Origin: Escherichia coli
GTDB taxonomy: Bacteria > Pseudomonadota > Gammaproteobacteria > Enterobacterales > Enterobacteriaceae
Direction: 5' to 3' (one strand)
DNA: 64,000 bases
NCBI RefSeq assembly: GCF_965641715.1
Contig: NZ_OZ282453.1
Below are positions 31,699 to 43,750 of this stretch, piece after piece (positions within the stretch are counted from its first letter, which is position 1; every line of letters starts with the position of its first letter). Both the position numbers and the translations under genes were made by a program. Below the pieces are notes generated by a model. The model searched no databases. It was given only the letters and a program-made list of their open reading frames with translations, and was not told the DNA's origin.

Positions 31699-33060
31699 AT
31701 GTTTGATAATTTAACCGATCGTTTGTCGCGCACGCTGCGCAATATCAGTGGCCGTGGACGCCTCACTGAAGACAACGTAAAAGATACGCTGCGCGAAGTG
31801 CGCATGGCGCTGCTGGAGGCGGACGTCGCTCTGCCGGTAGTGCGTGAGTTTATCAATCGCGTAAAAGAGAAAGCGGTTGGTCATGAAGTTAATAAGAGCC
31901 TGACGCCGGGGCAGGAGTTCGTCAAAATCGTCCGTAACGAACTGGTTGCGGCGATGGGCGAAGAGAACCAGACCCTGAACCTGGCTGCGCAACCGCCTGC
32001 GGTCGTACTGATGGCGGGCCTGCAAGGTGCCGGTAAAACAACCAGCGTTGGTAAACTCGGTAAGTTCCTGCGCGAGAAGCACAAGAAGAAAGTGCTGGTG
32101 GTTTCTGCCGACGTTTATCGCCCGGCGGCAATCAAACAGCTTGAGACGCTGGCAGAGCAGGTGGGCGTTGATTTCTTCCCTTCTGATGTTGGTCAGAAGC
32201 CGGTAGATATCGTTAACGCGGCGCTGAAAGAAGCCAAACTGAAATTCTACGACGTGCTGCTGGTGGATACCGCTGGTCGTCTGCACGTTGACGAAGCGAT
32301 GATGGACGAGATCAAACAAGTCCATGCGTCGATTAACCCGGTTGAAACCCTGTTTGTGGTTGACGCCATGACCGGTCAGGATGCGGCCAATACGGCAAAA
32401 GCATTCAATGAAGCGTTACCGCTTACCGGCGTAGTGTTGACCAAAGTGGACGGCGATGCCCGCGGCGGTGCGGCGCTCTCTATTCGTCACATCACTGGCA
32501 AACCGATCAAGTTCCTCGGTGTTGGCGAGAAAACTGAGGCGCTGGAGCCGTTCCATCCGGACCGCATCGCGTCGCGTATTCTCGGCATGGGCGACGTACT
32601 GTCGCTGATCGAAGATATCGAAAGCAAAGTTGACCGCGCGCAGGCAGAGAAATTAGCCAGCAAGCTGAAAAAAGGTGACGGCTTCGATCTCAACGACTTT
32701 CTTGAGCAGCTGCGCCAGATGAAAAATATGGGCGGCATGGCTAGCCTGATGGGCAAGCTGCCGGGCATGGGGCAGATCCCGGATAACGTCAAGTCACAGA
32801 TGGACGATAAAGTGCTGGTGCGTATGGAAGCCATCATCAACTCGATGACGATGAAAGAGCGCGCTAAGCCAGAAATCATCAAAGGTTCGCGTAAACGCCG
32901 TATTGCTGCCGGTTGCGGTATGCAGGTGCAGGACGTTAACCGTCTTCTGAAACAGTTCGACGACATGCAGCGCATGATGAAGAAAATGAAGAAGGGCGGA
33001 ATGGCGAAGATGATGAGAAGCATGAAGGGGATGATGCCGCCGGGATTTCCTGGTCGCTAA
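31699..33060 (+). CDS. ffh: Ffh signal recognition particle protein (SRP54 homolog)
   Basis: 453 aa ORF MFDNLTDRLSRTLRNISGRGRLTEDNVKDTLREVRMALLEADVALPVVREF... with GTPase motifs and Met-rich C-terminal M domain. Confidence 0.98.
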   Translation: MFDNLTDRLSRTLRNISGRGRLTEDNVKDTLREVRMALLEADVALPVVREFINRVKEKAVGHEVNKSLTPGQEFVKIVRNELVAAMGEENQTLNLAAQPPAVVLMAGLQGAGKTTSVGKLGKFLREKHKKKVLVVSADVYRPAAIKQLETLAEQVGVDFFPSDVGQKPVDIVNAALKEAKLKFYDVLLVDTAGRLHVDEAMMDEIKQVHASINPVETLFVVDAMTGQDAANTAKAFNEALPLTGVVLTKVDGDARGGAALSIRHITGKPIKFLGVGEKTEALEPFHPDRIASRILGMGDVLSLIEDIESKVDRAQAEKLASKLKKGDGFDLNDFLEQLRQMKNMGGMASLMGKLPGMGQIPDNVKSQMDDKVLVRMEAIINSMTMKERAKPEIIKGSRKRRIAAGCGMQVQDVNRLLKQFDDMQRMMKKMKKGGMAKMMRSMKGMMPPGFPGR

Positions 33061-33118
33061 ATGACCTTATGCGACAGAGTTATTAACTGCTGATTGCATT
33101 TTCTCCAGAAATCAGTAA

Positions 33119-33445
<327 letters not shown>

Positions 33446-33463
33446 TCTGTCACGGTGGTCATG

Positions 33464-34012
33464 ATGAGCAAACAACTCACCGCGCAAGCACCTGTTGATC
33501 CCATCGTTTTGGGAAAAATGGGTTCGTCTTACGGTATTCGTGGGTGGCTCAGAGTGTTTTCTTCCACCGAAGACGCCGAAAGCATTTTTGACTATCAGCC
33601 CTGGTTTATCCAGAAGGCGGGTCAGTGGCAGCAAGTCCAGCTGGAAAGCTGGAAGCACCACAATCAGGACATGATCATCAAGCTGAAAGGCGTTGACGAT
33701 CGTGATGCGGCGAACCTGCTGACGAATTGTGAAATTGTCGTGGATTCATCGCAGCTGCCTCAGCTTGAAGAGGGGGACTACTACTGGAAAGACCTTATGG
33801 GCTGCCAGGTAGTAACCACTGAAGGCTACGATCTCGGTAAAGTCGTCGATATGATGGAAACCGGATCCAATGACGTTCTCGTCATTAAGGCAAACCTGAA
33901 AGATGCGTTTGGTATCAAGGAACGTCTCGTACCGTTCCTCGATGGGCAGGTTATCAAGAAAGTCGATCTCACTACTCGTTCAATCGAAGTAGATTGGGAT
34001 CCTGGTTTTTAA
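33464..34012 (+). CDS. rimM: RimM 16S rRNA processing protein
   Basis: ORF 33455-34012; likely start [42 protein letters not shown]... Confidence 0.95.
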
Positions 34013-34042
34013 ACCACCGGATAAACGGTAAAAGACGGCGCT

Positions 34043-34810
34043 ATGTGGATTGGCATAATTAGCCTGTTTCCTGAAATGTTCCGCGCAATTACCGATTACG
34101 GGGTAACTGGCCGGGCAGTTAAAAATGGCCTGCTGAGCATCCAGAGCTGGAGTCCTCGCGACTTCACGCATGACCGGCACCGTACCGTGGACGATCGTCC
34201 TTACGGCGGCGGACCGGGGATGTTAATGATGGTGCAACCCTTGCGGGACGCCATTCATGCAGCAAAAGCCGCGGCGGGTGAAGGCGCAAAGGTGATTTAT
34301 CTGTCACCACAGGGACGCAAGCTTGATCAAGCGGGCGTCAGCGAGCTAGCAACGAATCAAAAATTGATTCTGGTGTGCGGTCGCTACGAAGGTATAGATG
34401 AGCGCGTGATCCAAACCGAAATTGACGAAGAATGGTCAATCGGCGATTACGTTCTCAGTGGTGGTGAGTTACCAGCAATGACGCTGATTGACTCCGTTTC
34501 CCGGTTTATTCCGGGAGTACTGGGACATGAAGCCTCGGCAACGGAAGATTCCTTTGCTGAAGGATTGCTGGATTGCCCGCACTATACGCGGCCTGAGGTG
34601 TTAGAAGGGATGGAAGTTCCGCCAGTGTTACTGTCGGGCAACCATGCCGAGATACGTCGCTGGCGTTTGAAACAGTCGCTGGGCCGTACCTGGCTTAGAA
34701 GACCTGAACTTCTGGAAAACCTGGCTCTGACTGAAGAGCAAGCAAGGTTGCTGGCGGAGTTCAAAACGGAACACGCACAACAGCAACATAAACATGATGG
34801 GATGGCGTAA
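34043..34810 (+). CDS. trmD: TrmD tRNA (guanine37-N1)-methyltransferase
   Basis: 255 aa [66 protein letters not shown]... Confidence 0.98.
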
Positions 34811-34848
34811 GCCCCCGAGATATCAGTTTACCCAGGATAAGAGATTAA

Positions 34849-35199
<351 letters not shown>

Positions 35200-35226
35200 G
35201 ATTTCGCTTAAGCGACATCCTGTTAA

Positions 35227-35257
35227 GAAGGGCTGGCCAATTGGCTGGCCCTTTTTT
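35227..35257 (+). terminator. Rho-independent terminator of the rpsP-rimM-trmD-rplS operon
   Basis: Hairpin AGGGCTGGCCAATTGGCTGGCCCT (11-bp stem allowing two G-U pairs) followed by TTTTTTT. Confidence 0.8.
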
Positions 35258-35275
35258 TATCTGTTTGCTCGTGTT

Positions 35276-35758
35276 TTAAGGGGTAGTAATCACCACTGCG
35301 ACGCGGCGGTTCTCGGCGCGGCCCTGGGCGGTCTTGTTACTGGCTATGGGATATTTTTTTCCTAAACCCTGTGCGGTGAGATTGCTGCGCGGAATTTGTC
35401 CACCCTTAGCCCATGCATCGGCCACGACATTCGCCCGTTTCAATGATAAGCCTTCGTTGTAACTGTCTTCACCATAGTTATCGGTGTGTCCATCCATACG
35501 GGCATGTGTTAGCCCTGTCGAGGCCAATTTGGCTGCCATGGTTTGGATCTGTTGCTGGCTTTCCGGGAGCAATTTGTAGTCATTTTTTGCGAACAGAATG
35601 GCATCTGATAAGCCCAGCGACCAGTCGCCGGCGGATTCAGTAAATCCATAAGATTGCATAGCGGCGACTTGCTCAGGAGTAAACTTTCCCTGAGGGGACT
35701 GGCAGCCAGTCAGTATTAGTGAGGTGAAAATCAGGGGTGCTACCAGGTGCTTTATCAT
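35276..35758 (-). CDS. yfiB: YfiB OmpA-family outer-membrane lipoprotein (activator of YfiN via YfiR sequestration)
   Basis: 160 aa ORF MIKHLVAPLIFTSLILTGCQSPQGKF... lipobox LTGC and C-terminal OmpA-like peptidoglycan-binding region. Confidence 0.93.
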   Translation of the reverse strand: MIKHLVAPLIFTSLILTGCQSPQGKFTPEQVAAMQSYGFTESAGDWSLGLSDAILFAKNDYKLLPESQQQIQTMAAKLASTGLTHARMDGHTDNYGEDSYNEGLSLKRANVVADAWAKGGQIPRSNLTAQGLGKKYPIASNKTAQGRAENRRVAVVITTP

Positions 35759-35773
35759 ATCGATATATCCTTG

Positions 35774-37000
35774 TTATCTCACCAGCTTTTCGGCACGCTG
35801 GTGTTTGGCCTGATACATATTGTGATCGGCAAGCTCTTGTAATTTTTCCGCAGAGGCGTGCTCAATGGTCATCGCGTAACCAATGCTTAATGTCATGGTG
35901 GTCTGATGGCCATTATTAAGATCAAACGGGAGATTAAAGATTTGTGTCAGTGCTGAGCATATCTGCTGCACTTCAGATTCCGACTGTACATCATAGAGCA
36001 CCATAGCGAATTCATCGCCGCCCAGGCGGTATGCTTTATGTCGCAGCCCGCCAAATTCAGCTAACCGTTTTGCGATTTCAATCAAGACTCTATCGCCCGT
36101 CGCATGACCCCAGGTATCATTGATATATTTGAAATTATCGCCATCAAGAAATAGTAACGCCGACGTTTTTCGGGCATCGGAATTGTTCATCAACGTATTG
36201 ATGCCGCTACGAAACGCTGCGCGGTTAGCCAGCCCGGTTAATGGGTCATGTAGCGCGGTACGCAGAAGCTGCGCATTTTTGGCCTGTAAACGAAGCTGCC
36301 ACTCTTCCATTTCATCCAGCAGACTGTTGAAGTCGAGAGCGAAGCGGTGAAACTCAGCGATACGTTCTTCCGAAACTCGTCGGGAAAAATTGCGGTTGGA
36401 ACGCACATCATGTACGACATCGGTGATATTTTTCAGTGCTTCCACCAGGCCATTGTGCAAATGGCGGGTGAGGGTAATTGCGATTCCTGATGCCAGCAGA
36501 ATACAACCGGTCAGTACGGCGAGCGAAAACCAGATAAAATGGCTGATTGAACTGTCGCGAGCGGTTAAGCGTACTTCGCCAATGGTTTCACCATTGTGAC
36601 GAATCGGCTGAATGATGGGGGCAGGGAAGAGCCAGTGGCTTATGAAATTGCTGAAAGTATCGCCTGGATCCTTACGGGTGTAATGCCAGGATGCCAGAAT
36701 ATTTTGCTGCTTATCACGTACTTCTGCAGTTGAAAATTGCCCTTGCTGGCCCAGCGCTGCCAGTGTTTCAGTTGCTGCAGGGCCATCGGCAAAAACGACA
36801 GCTGCTTCCAGACTGTAAGTCATTGTTGCTGCTGTCAGTGCCAGGTTTTTTTGCGCGTACTGTTTCAGGGTCAGCACCGAGGTCACGGAAAGCAGCAACC
36901 AGATCAGCATCATAGTGATAAATATGCTGGTCATACTGATGTTGCGTAATGCTCTTTTAAACGTGGGGCGCTTATTAAGAGAATTATCGTTATCCATCAT
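35774..37000 (-). CDS. dgcN: DgcN (YfiN) membrane diguanylate cyclase with HAMP and GGDEF domains
   Basis: 408 aa ORF; GGDEF active site RLGGDEF present. Confidence 0.95.
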
Positions 37001-37508
37001 TTTTCTTCCGTGCGAGCATTAAGACATCCGGGTTGACCTTTACACCGCTACGCGATAAGGCATCCAGGTTTACGGCAAATCTGACGTCATTATTGTGGAT
37101 GATTAGACAAAAGGCGCTACCAATAATGCACTCGGTATTTTGTTCGGCAATTAATAATAACGCCTTTGACGGATATTGTTCGGTTAATTCCATCTGGAAT
37201 GTCGGTGACTCGTTGCCAAAATAAAAACCATTGCAGCCTGAAATCATCGCCTCTTGTTGAGTGTGAATGATGACAGGCAGATAAGGCAAAGATGTCGCGG
37301 CATTCTCTTGTAGGGCGGTACTAAAACGTGAAGATGAAAAGATACATAACTTTGGTGGCCCTGATAGCGCAGGCCAGCGGGTGTAACTGACAATACCGGA
37401 AACCATCATACGCACGTTTTTCGCAACGTCAGAAGGCTCCTGAGCGAGTATTGGTGCTCCCGTCAGCAGGAGAATCAGAAGTAAGAACAGTCGGTGAGAA
37501 AAACGCAT
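36990..37508 (-). CDS. yfiR: YfiR periplasmic repressor of DgcN
   Basis: 172 aa [49 protein letters not shown]... with signal peptide; overlaps start of dgcN. Confidence 0.93.
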
Positions 37509-37657
37509 TCAGGGATCCCCACCATCTTCGCTCGAAATGCATCGATATTTTTTCAGAATGCTCATTAAAATATCATTATTTCATGCGGTCGTCATCATTG
37601 TGAGAAATAAAACATAATGAGTAAAATCTTATGTTTAATTTATTTGTGGGGTTTTAA

Positions 37658-38023
37658 TTAATTTAATCGTATTGCGCTGGCATTTTCATCAGCCCCTTTT
37701 TGCCATACTTCATGCAGTTGGCTGGCATTTTCAACATTGTTGCAGCTGGCAGGAAAGCTTTTACCGGAAAGTCCTCGGGCATAAGTAAAATCGGTCTGGC
37801 AAGTTTTCTTTTGTCCTTCGGCATATCCTTTAAGGTATAGACCGCGATCCGCCTGTGAATCGCTAAATGCATCGTCATCTTTTATGGCGCTGCCCGATAT
37901 CGCATCTTCCATACCAACATCATACCAGTCGGTGCTGGTCAAGGTTGGCGCGTGAGTATAAGGATCAATCTGGCATCCGCTAACCAGTAAAGCCAACAAG
38001 GGGGCGATAAACTTTTTCATCAT
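37658..38023 (-). CDS. yfiL: YfiL lipoprotein (DUF2799)
   Basis: ORF 37658-38062; probable start MMKKFIAPLLALLVSGCQIDPYTHAPTL... with lipobox LVSGC. Confidence 0.85.
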   Translation of the reverse strand: MMKKFIAPLLALLVSGCQIDPYTHAPTLTSTDWYDVGMEDAISGSAIKDDDAFSDSQADRGLYLKGYAEGQKKTCQTDFTYARGLSGKSFPASCNNVENASQLHEVWQKGADENASAIRLN

Positions 38024-38120
38024 TTCTTTCTCCTTTTTCAAAGCATAGCGGATTGTTTTCAAAGGTGGTGTAAATTTATCTATACAGAATCAAGGATTGA
38101 AAGCGCGAATAAATTGCTTA

Positions 38121-38161
38121 TGTAAAGAAAAATGTACGAAATATGGATTGAAAACTTTACT
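38121..38161. promoter_or_regulatory. Candidate TyrR boxes in the aroF promoter
   Basis: TGTAAAGAAAAATGTACG (38121-38138) and TGGATTGAAAACTTTACT (38144-38161) approximate the TGTAAA-N6-TTTACA TyrR consensus upstream of aroF. Confidence 0.6.
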
Positions 38162-38232
38162 TTATGTGTTATCGTTACGTCATCCTCGCTGAGGATCAAC
38201 TATCGCAAACGAGCATAAACAGGATCGCCATC

Positions 38233-39303
38233 ATGCAAAAAGACGCGCTGAATAACGTACATATTACCGACGAACAGGTTTTAATGACTCCGGCACAACT
38301 GAAGGCCGCTTTTCCATTAAGCCTGCAACAAGAAGCCCAGATTGCTGACTCGCGTAAAACCATTTCAGATATTATCGCCGGGCGCGATCCTCGTCTGCTG
38401 GTAGTATGTGGTCCTTGTTCCATTCATGATCCGGAAACTGCTCTGGAATATGCTCGTCGATTTAAAGCCCTTGCCGCAGAGGTCAGCGATAGCCTCTATC
38501 TGGTAATGCGCGTCTATTTTGAAAAACCCCGTACCACTGTCGGCTGGAAAGGGTTAATTAACGATCCCCATATGGATGGCTCTTTTGATGTAGAAGCCGG
38601 GCTGCAGATCGCGCGTAAATTGCTGCTTGAGCTGGTGAATATGGGACTGCCACTGGCGACGGAAGCGTTAGATCCGAATAGCCCGCAATACCTGGGCGAT
38701 CTGTTTAGCTGGTCAGCCATTGGTGCTCGTACAACGGAATCGCAAACTCACCGTGAAATGGCCTCCGGGCTTTCCATGCCGGTTGGTTTTAAAAACGGCA
38801 CCGACGGCAGTCTGGCAACAGCAATTAACGCTATGCGCGCCGCCGCCCAGCCGCACCGTTTTGTTGGCATTAACCAGGCAGGGCAGGTTGCGTTGCTACA
38901 AACTCAGGGGAATCCGGACGGGCATGTCATCCTGCGCGGTGGTAAAGCGCCGAACTATAGCCCTGCGGATGTTGCGCAATGTGAAAAAGAGATGGAACAG
39001 GCGGGACTGCGCCCGTCTCTGATGGTAGATTGCAGCCACGGTAATTCCAATAAAGATTATCGCCGTCAGCCTGCGGTGGCAGAATCCGTGGTTGCTCAAA
39101 TCAAAGATGGCAATCGCTCAATTATTGGTCTGATGATCGAAAGTAATATCCACGAGGGCAATCAGTCTTCCGAGCAACCGCGCAGTGAAATGAAATACGG
39201 TGTATCCGTAACCGATGCCTGCATTAGCTGGGAAATGACCGATGCCTTGCTGCGTGAAATTCATCAGGATCTGAACGGGCAGCTGACGGCTCGCGTGGCT
39301 TAA
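38233..39303 (+). CDS. aroF: AroF tyrosine-sensitive DAHP synthase
   Basis: ORF 38164-39303; likely start [66 protein letters not shown]... Confidence 0.96.
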   Translation: MQKDALNNVHITDEQVLMTPAQLKAAFPLSLQQEAQIADSRKTISDIIAGRDPRLLVVCGPCSIHDPETALEYARRFKALAAEVSDSLYLVMRVYFEKPRTTVGWKGLINDPHMDGSFDVEAGLQIARKLLLELVNMGLPLATEALDPNSPQYLGDLFSWSAIGARTTESQTHREMASGLSMPVGFKNGTDGSLATAINAMRAAAQPHRFVGINQAGQVALLQTQGNPDGHVILRGGKAPNYSPADVAQCEKEMEQAGLRPSLMVDCSHGNSNKDYRRQPAVAESVVAQIKDGNRSIIGLMIESNIHEGNQSSEQPRSEMKYGVSVTDACISWEMTDALLREIHQDLNGQLTARVA

Positions 39304-39313
39304 GAGGTTTATT

Positions 39314-40435
39314 ATGGTTGCTGAATTGACCGCATTACGCGATCAAATTGATGAAGTCGATAAAGCGCTGCTGAATTTATTAGCGAAGCGTCTGGAACTG
39401 GTTGCTGAAGTGGGAGAGGTGAAAAGCCGCTTTGGACTGCCTATTTATGTTCCGGAGCGAGAGGCATCTATGTTGGCCTCGCGTCGTGCAGAGGCGGAAG
39501 CTCTGGGTGTACCGCCAGATCTGATTGAGGATGTTTTGCGTCGGGTGATGCGTGAATCTTACTCCAGTGAAAACGACAAAGGATTTAAAACACTTTGTCC
39601 GTCACTGCGTCCGGTGGTTATCGTCGGCGGTGGCGGTCAGATGGGACGCCTGTTCGAGAAGATGCTGACACTATCGGGTTATCAGGTGCGGATTCTGGAG
39701 CAACATGACTGGGATCGAGCGGCTGATATTGTTGCCGATGCCGGAATGGTGATTGTTAGTGTGCCAATCCACGTTACTGAGCAAGTTATTGGCAAATTAC
39801 CGCCTTTACCGAAAGATTGTATTCTGGTTGATCTGGCATCAGTGAAAAATGGACCATTACAGGCCATGCTGGCGGCGCACGATGGCCCGGTACTGGGGTT
39901 ACACCCAATGTTCGGTCCGGACAGCGGTAGCCTGGCAAAGCAAGTTGTGGTCTGGTGTGATGGACGTAAACCGGAAGCATACCAATGGTTTCTGGAGCAA
40001 ATTCAGGTCTGGGGCGCTCGGTTGCATCGTATTAGCGCCGTCGAGCACGATCAGAATATGGCGTTTATTCAGGCACTGCGCCACTTTGCTACTTTTGCTT
40101 ACGGGCTGCACCTGGCAGAAGAAAATGTTCAGCTTGAGCAACTTCTGTCGCTCTCTTCGCCGATTTACCGCCTTGAGCTGGCGATGGTCGGGCGACTGTT
40201 CGCTCAGGATCCGCAGCTTTATGCCGACATTATTATGTCGTCAGAGCGTAATCTGGCGTTAATCAAACGTTACTATAAGCGTTTCGGCGAGGCGATTGAG
40301 TTGCTGGAGCAGGGCGATAAGCAGGCGTTTATTGACAGTTTCCGCAAGGTGGAGCACTGGTTCGGCGATTACGCACAGCGTTTTCAGAGTGAAAGCCGCG
40401 TGTTATTGCGTCAGGCGAATGACAATCGCCAGTAA
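39314..40435 (+). CDS. tyrA: TyrA chorismate mutase / prephenate dehydrogenase
   Basis: 373 aa [57 protein letters not shown]... Confidence 0.97.
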   Translation: MVAELTALRDQIDEVDKALLNLLAKRLELVAEVGEVKSRFGLPIYVPEREASMLASRRAEAEALGVPPDLIEDVLRRVMRESYSSENDKGFKTLCPSLRPVVIVGGGGQMGRLFEKMLTLSGYQVRILEQHDWDRAADIVADAGMVIVSVPIHVTEQVIGKLPPLPKDCILVDLASVKNGPLQAMLAAHDGPVLGLHPMFGPDSGSLAKQVVVWCDGRKPEAYQWFLEQIQVWGARLHRISAVEHDQNMAFIQALRHFATFAYGLHLAEENVQLEQLLSLSSPIYRLELAMVGRLFAQDPQLYADIIMSSERNLALIKRYYKRFGEAIELLEQGDKQAFIDSFRKVEHWFGDYAQRFQSESRVLLRQANDNRQ

Positions 40436-40442
40436 TAATCCA

Positions 40443-40475
40443 GTGCCGGATGATTCACATCATCCGGCACCTTTT
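40443..40475. terminator. Bidirectional terminator between convergent tyrA and pheA
   Basis: GTGCCGGATGAT-TCACATC-ATCATCCGGCAC perfect hairpin followed by CTTTT. Confidence 0.85.
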
Positions 40476-40477
40476 CA

Positions 40478-41638
40478 TCAGGTTGGATCAACAGGCACTA
40501 CGTTCTCACTTGGGTAACAGCCCAATACCTTCATTGAACGGGTGATTTCCCCTAACTCTTTCAATGCTTTTTGCATTTCCGCTGATTCAAGATTGGCCTG
40601 AATATCCAGATAAAACATCTCTTCCCATGGATTACCGTGAATCGGGCGTGATTCCAGACGGGTCATAATCAGATTGTGGTTGCGCAGTACCAGCAACGCT
40701 TCAACCAGCGCACCGGCTTGTTGCCCGGTCGCCATTAACAACGTCGTTTTCGCCGGAACCTGATCAGACACGTTAATGGCTTTACGCGCCAACACCACAA
40801 ATCGGGTGAAGTTTTGTCGCTGATTCGCTTCAATCCGCTCCAGTACCTGCAAACCGTACAAAGTGCCGCCAGCTTCGCTTCCCAACGCAGCAACATGCGG
40901 TGATTTTGCCTGTGCAACCTTTTCCATTGCCGCAGACGTACTTTCGGTATATTCAATCTTCCAGTGCGGATAACGATTAAGGAATTTGCTGCATTGCTGG
41001 AATGGCTGCGGATGGCTGTAGACCGTATTGATGGTGGATAAATCAGTAGTGCCGGAGACCAACAAACAATGGTCGATAGTTAACGTCATCTCGCCAACAA
41101 TCGACAAGCTGGTATGTTGCAGCAGATCGTAAACGTCATTTATGGCACCGGAGCTGGTATTTTCAATCGGTACGACGGCATAGTCGGCCTGGCCGGTTTC
41201 CACCTGATTAAAAATATCGGCAAATTTGGCGCAGCCACTTTCAATGAATTGCTCAAAGTGACGGGCAGCATACTGGCGCGCCGCAAGATGGGAATAAGAA
41301 CCTTTGGGGCCGAGAAAAGCGATGCGTGCTGAGTGCGGATTAATTTTATTGAGATGTTGTTGGAGCAAAGCCTGCTGAGTTAATACGGAATCTTCAATGA
41401 TGAGCTGGAACAGGCGAGTAATGTAATGGGCGTCCAGATGGTGCGCTTTACCGAGCGTAATTAATCTTTCCAGTAAATCGCGTTCACGATCAATATCACG
41501 TACCGGGCGATGCGAGAGCAGTTTGGCTTTTCCCACCTCGACGGCCAGTTCGCGCCGCTCTGCGAGTAATGCTAATAATTTTTCATCCAGCGCGCTGATT
41601 TTCTCTCGCAGCGCCAGTAACGGGTTTTCCGATGTCAT
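40478..41638 (-). CDS. pheA: PheA chorismate mutase / prephenate dehydratase
   Basis: 386 aa [63 protein letters not shown]... Confidence 0.97.
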
Positions 41639-41661
41639 AGTGTTGCCTTTTTGTTATCAAT

Positions 41662-41688
41662 AAAAAAGGCCCCCCGATTTGGGAGGCC
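41662..41688 (-). terminator. pheA attenuator terminator
   Basis: Minus-strand hairpin GGCCTCCC-AAATC-GGGGGGCC followed by TTTTTT, between pheL and pheA. Confidence 0.85.
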
Positions 41689-41736
41689 TTATTGTTCGTC
41701 TTCGCATTCTGTTTCATACGACGAAACGCCTCCCAT

Positions 41737-41784
41737 TCAGGGGAAGGTAAAAAAGAATGCGAAGAAAAACGGTGTGTGTTTCAT
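41737..41784 (-). CDS. pheL: pheA leader peptide (Phe-rich), 15 aa
   Basis: Manual translation of the minus strand gives MKHTPFFFAFFFTFP-stop with seven Phe codons, classic attenuation leader. Confidence 0.9.
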   Translation of the reverse strand: MKHTPFFFAFFFTFP

Positions 41785-41840
41785 GTTTGTTTCCTTAAGT
41801 GACTTTAGTACAGTACCCGTACTGTTTTCACGCTGTCAAC

Positions 41841-41862
41841 AAAAAACGCGCCCGAAGGTGCG
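41841..41862 (-). terminator. Terminator-like hairpin immediately upstream of the pheA promoter (host side of the prophage junction)
   Basis: Minus-strand CGCACCTTCGGGCGCG hairpin followed by TTTTTT, abutting a TTGACA -35-like hexamer (plus 41834-41839). Confidence 0.5.
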
Positions 41863-41951
41863 TTGTAAAACCCACTGAATTCAATGTTTTCCCTTTGTTT
41901 TCAGTGGGTTTTGTTATTGGTGGGGGGTACTGATTACCCTATAAAACCCAC

Positions 41952-42974
41952 TTATGTGGATGAAATGTGGATGCCTCCTTTTAACGGATTAAGTGAAATT
42001 GCATCCTGGAGGAAATCAGGAGCGAGGTGCGCATAGGTCATAGTTTGCTGGATCGTGGCGTGCCCCATAATTCGCTGGAGCGTAAGTATATTTCCTCCAT
42101 TAATCATAAAGTGAGCTGCAAAGGTATGGCGTAGAACATGTACTGCCTGCCCTTTTGGTAGATCAGGTTTAACACTGCGAAGCACCTTGCGATATTCCTC
42201 ATAATTGACGTCAAACAAAAGGCCGGATTTCTTTGTTTTGATCTCGCTAACAACTTCATCAGAGACAGGAATAATTCGAACTTTTCCGTTTTTAGTTTTG
42301 TTAAACGTCACGCGGTTATTGATGATGTGTTCCGCGCGCAGATTTTTCGCTTCTCCCCATCTCGCACCAGTACTGAGACAAAGTAGCGTAATCCGCCGGG
42401 CATCACCGCTTACTGCATCCAGTAATTTGGCAATTTCTTCCGTGGTGAGATACGTCATTTCGGGTGATTTTCGTTTCAAAGAGGGGAGGGCGCGGAGCGG
42501 ATTTTCTCCGTGAAATTCCCCGGCATTTGCCAGGAGTGTAAACATTCCTCCGAGATCCGACTCATCACGCCGAACAGTAGACTCTTTTACTCCCAAAGAT
42601 AAACGGGAGCTTCGATAAGCGGCCATGAAACGAGCATTAATCTGGCTAACCCTTGGATCATTCATTTCTTTGATGATTTTTTTCAACCTGGTTAGAACGC
42701 CGTTAGCATATGGCTTATTGCGTCCACCCAATTCCCACCATAACGGAAGCAGATCTGAGAGATGACGTTGCTCTGTTGGCTTTTCAAGCCATTCCTTATC
42801 GTGCATGTGGCTGAGAACATAACGCTCAAAGGCCACTGCATCTGCCTTTTTCTTAAAAATCCGCTGAATCCGACGTCCACTTCGGCCACGCGGTCTAACA
42901 TCCACTTTATACCGTCCACCATCGAGTGCTTTAATTGCCATTGGCAAGCCCTCCGGTGAAACGAGGAAAGACAT
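41952..42974 (-). CDS. int: P2-type tyrosine integrase
   Basis: 340 aa ORF; ...RLKAEHIINNRVTFNKTKNGKVRIIPVSDEV...HVLRHTFAAHFMINGGNILTLQRIMGHATIQQTMTYAHLAPDFLQDAISLNPL closely resembles P2 Int as recalled (catalytic R...HxxR...Y). Confidence 0.93.
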   Translation of the reverse strand: MSFLVSPEGLPMAIKALDGGRYKVDVRPRGRSGRRIQRIFKKKADAVAFERYVLSHMHDKEWLEKPTEQRHLSDLLPLWWELGGRNKPYANGVLTRLKKIIKEMNDPRVSQINARFMAAYRSSRLSLGVKESTVRRDESDLGGMFTLLANAGEFHGENPLRALPSLKRKSPEMTYLTTEEIAKLLDAVSGDARRITLLCLSTGARWGEAKNLRAEHIINNRVTFNKTKNGKVRIIPVSDEVVSEIKTKKSGLLFDVNYEEYRKVLRSVKPDLPKGQAVHVLRHTFAAHFMINGGNILTLQRIMGHATIQQTMTYAHLAPDFLQDAISLNPLKGGIHISST

Positions 42975-43007
42975 TTCCAGTTTGTAAAACGTAAGAATAA
43001 TAAAGGG

Positions 43008-43310
43008 TTAACCAATTTTCCTTTCGGATGGGGGTAAATCCGTTGGTTCTTGCCCATAGTGTGCGAGAGCCGGAGCTATCTGCCCGGATTCAGGCGCAAT
43101 TTTTCCAGTCATAAACCACAACGCATATTTCTCAAATCTGGGGTTGTTTAGTATTTGCTCAATTACTTCAGCATTAGGGATAGTTTTACCGCTTTCATAT
43201 CTCCACAGAGCATCACGGTTTAAACCAAGCATTTTTGCTGTATCCGGGAGGCTAGTAAGTCTCTCGCTTTCACGCATGATTTTTATGCGCTCTCCAATAG
43301 TCATACGCAT
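43008..43310 (-). CDS. P2 C-type immunity repressor
   Basis: ORF 43008-43325 (start ambiguous among three in-frame ATGs); ...YALWFMTGKIAPESGQIAPALAHYGQEPT... matches the recalled P2 C repressor C-terminal region. Confidence 0.85.
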   Translation of the reverse strand: MRMTIGERIKIMRESERLTSLPDTAKMLGLNRDALWRYESGKTIPNAEVIEQILNNPRFEKYALWFMTGKIAPESGQIAPALAHYGQEPTDLPPSERKIG

Positions 43311-43405
43311 GTTGCAATTCTCCAACGTCTGTATTAATGTTTATACAAATGAGTTTGATTTGGGGCATCCGTCGCAAGAAATACCCCAAACAGGGAGATT
43401 ATCAC

Positions 43406-43732
43406 ATGAATGAAGAACTATTGAGGGCATTGTTTAAGATCCCAGACCCCATCACCGTCGATGAGTTTTCCCGCCGCACAGGTAAGACCGAATCAGCCGT
43501 AAGAAAGTTGGTAGAGCGTCGACTCATCCCTCTAACTACTGAGCGCGAGGTTTTAGGCGAGGAAGGGAGTTCGCGCCGTCTTCTCATCCTTTGGAATGAG
43601 TGGCTCGAAATGGTCTATGACGCAACGAAACAGCTTCCTCCTGAGCGTAAAGATTGGCGCAATCACTGGCTGAAGAAAGCCAAGAAGCTGGCGGAAGATT
43701 TGGGATTAGGTTTTCTTAATTTTGCTGCATGA
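43406..43732 (+). CDS. cox: Cox-like excisionase / transcriptional switch protein
   Basis: Divergent from the repressor gene; GGGAG RBS; HTH-like segment DEFSRRTGKTESAVRKLVERRLIPL resembles P2 Cox. Confidence 0.7.
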   Translation: MNEELLRALFKIPDPITVDEFSRRTGKTESAVRKLVERRLIPLTTEREVLGEEGSSRRLLILWNEWLEMVYDATKQLPPERKDWRNHWLKKAKKLAEDLGLGFLNFAA

Positions 43733-43750
43733 GATGCAGGGAGTTTTGAT

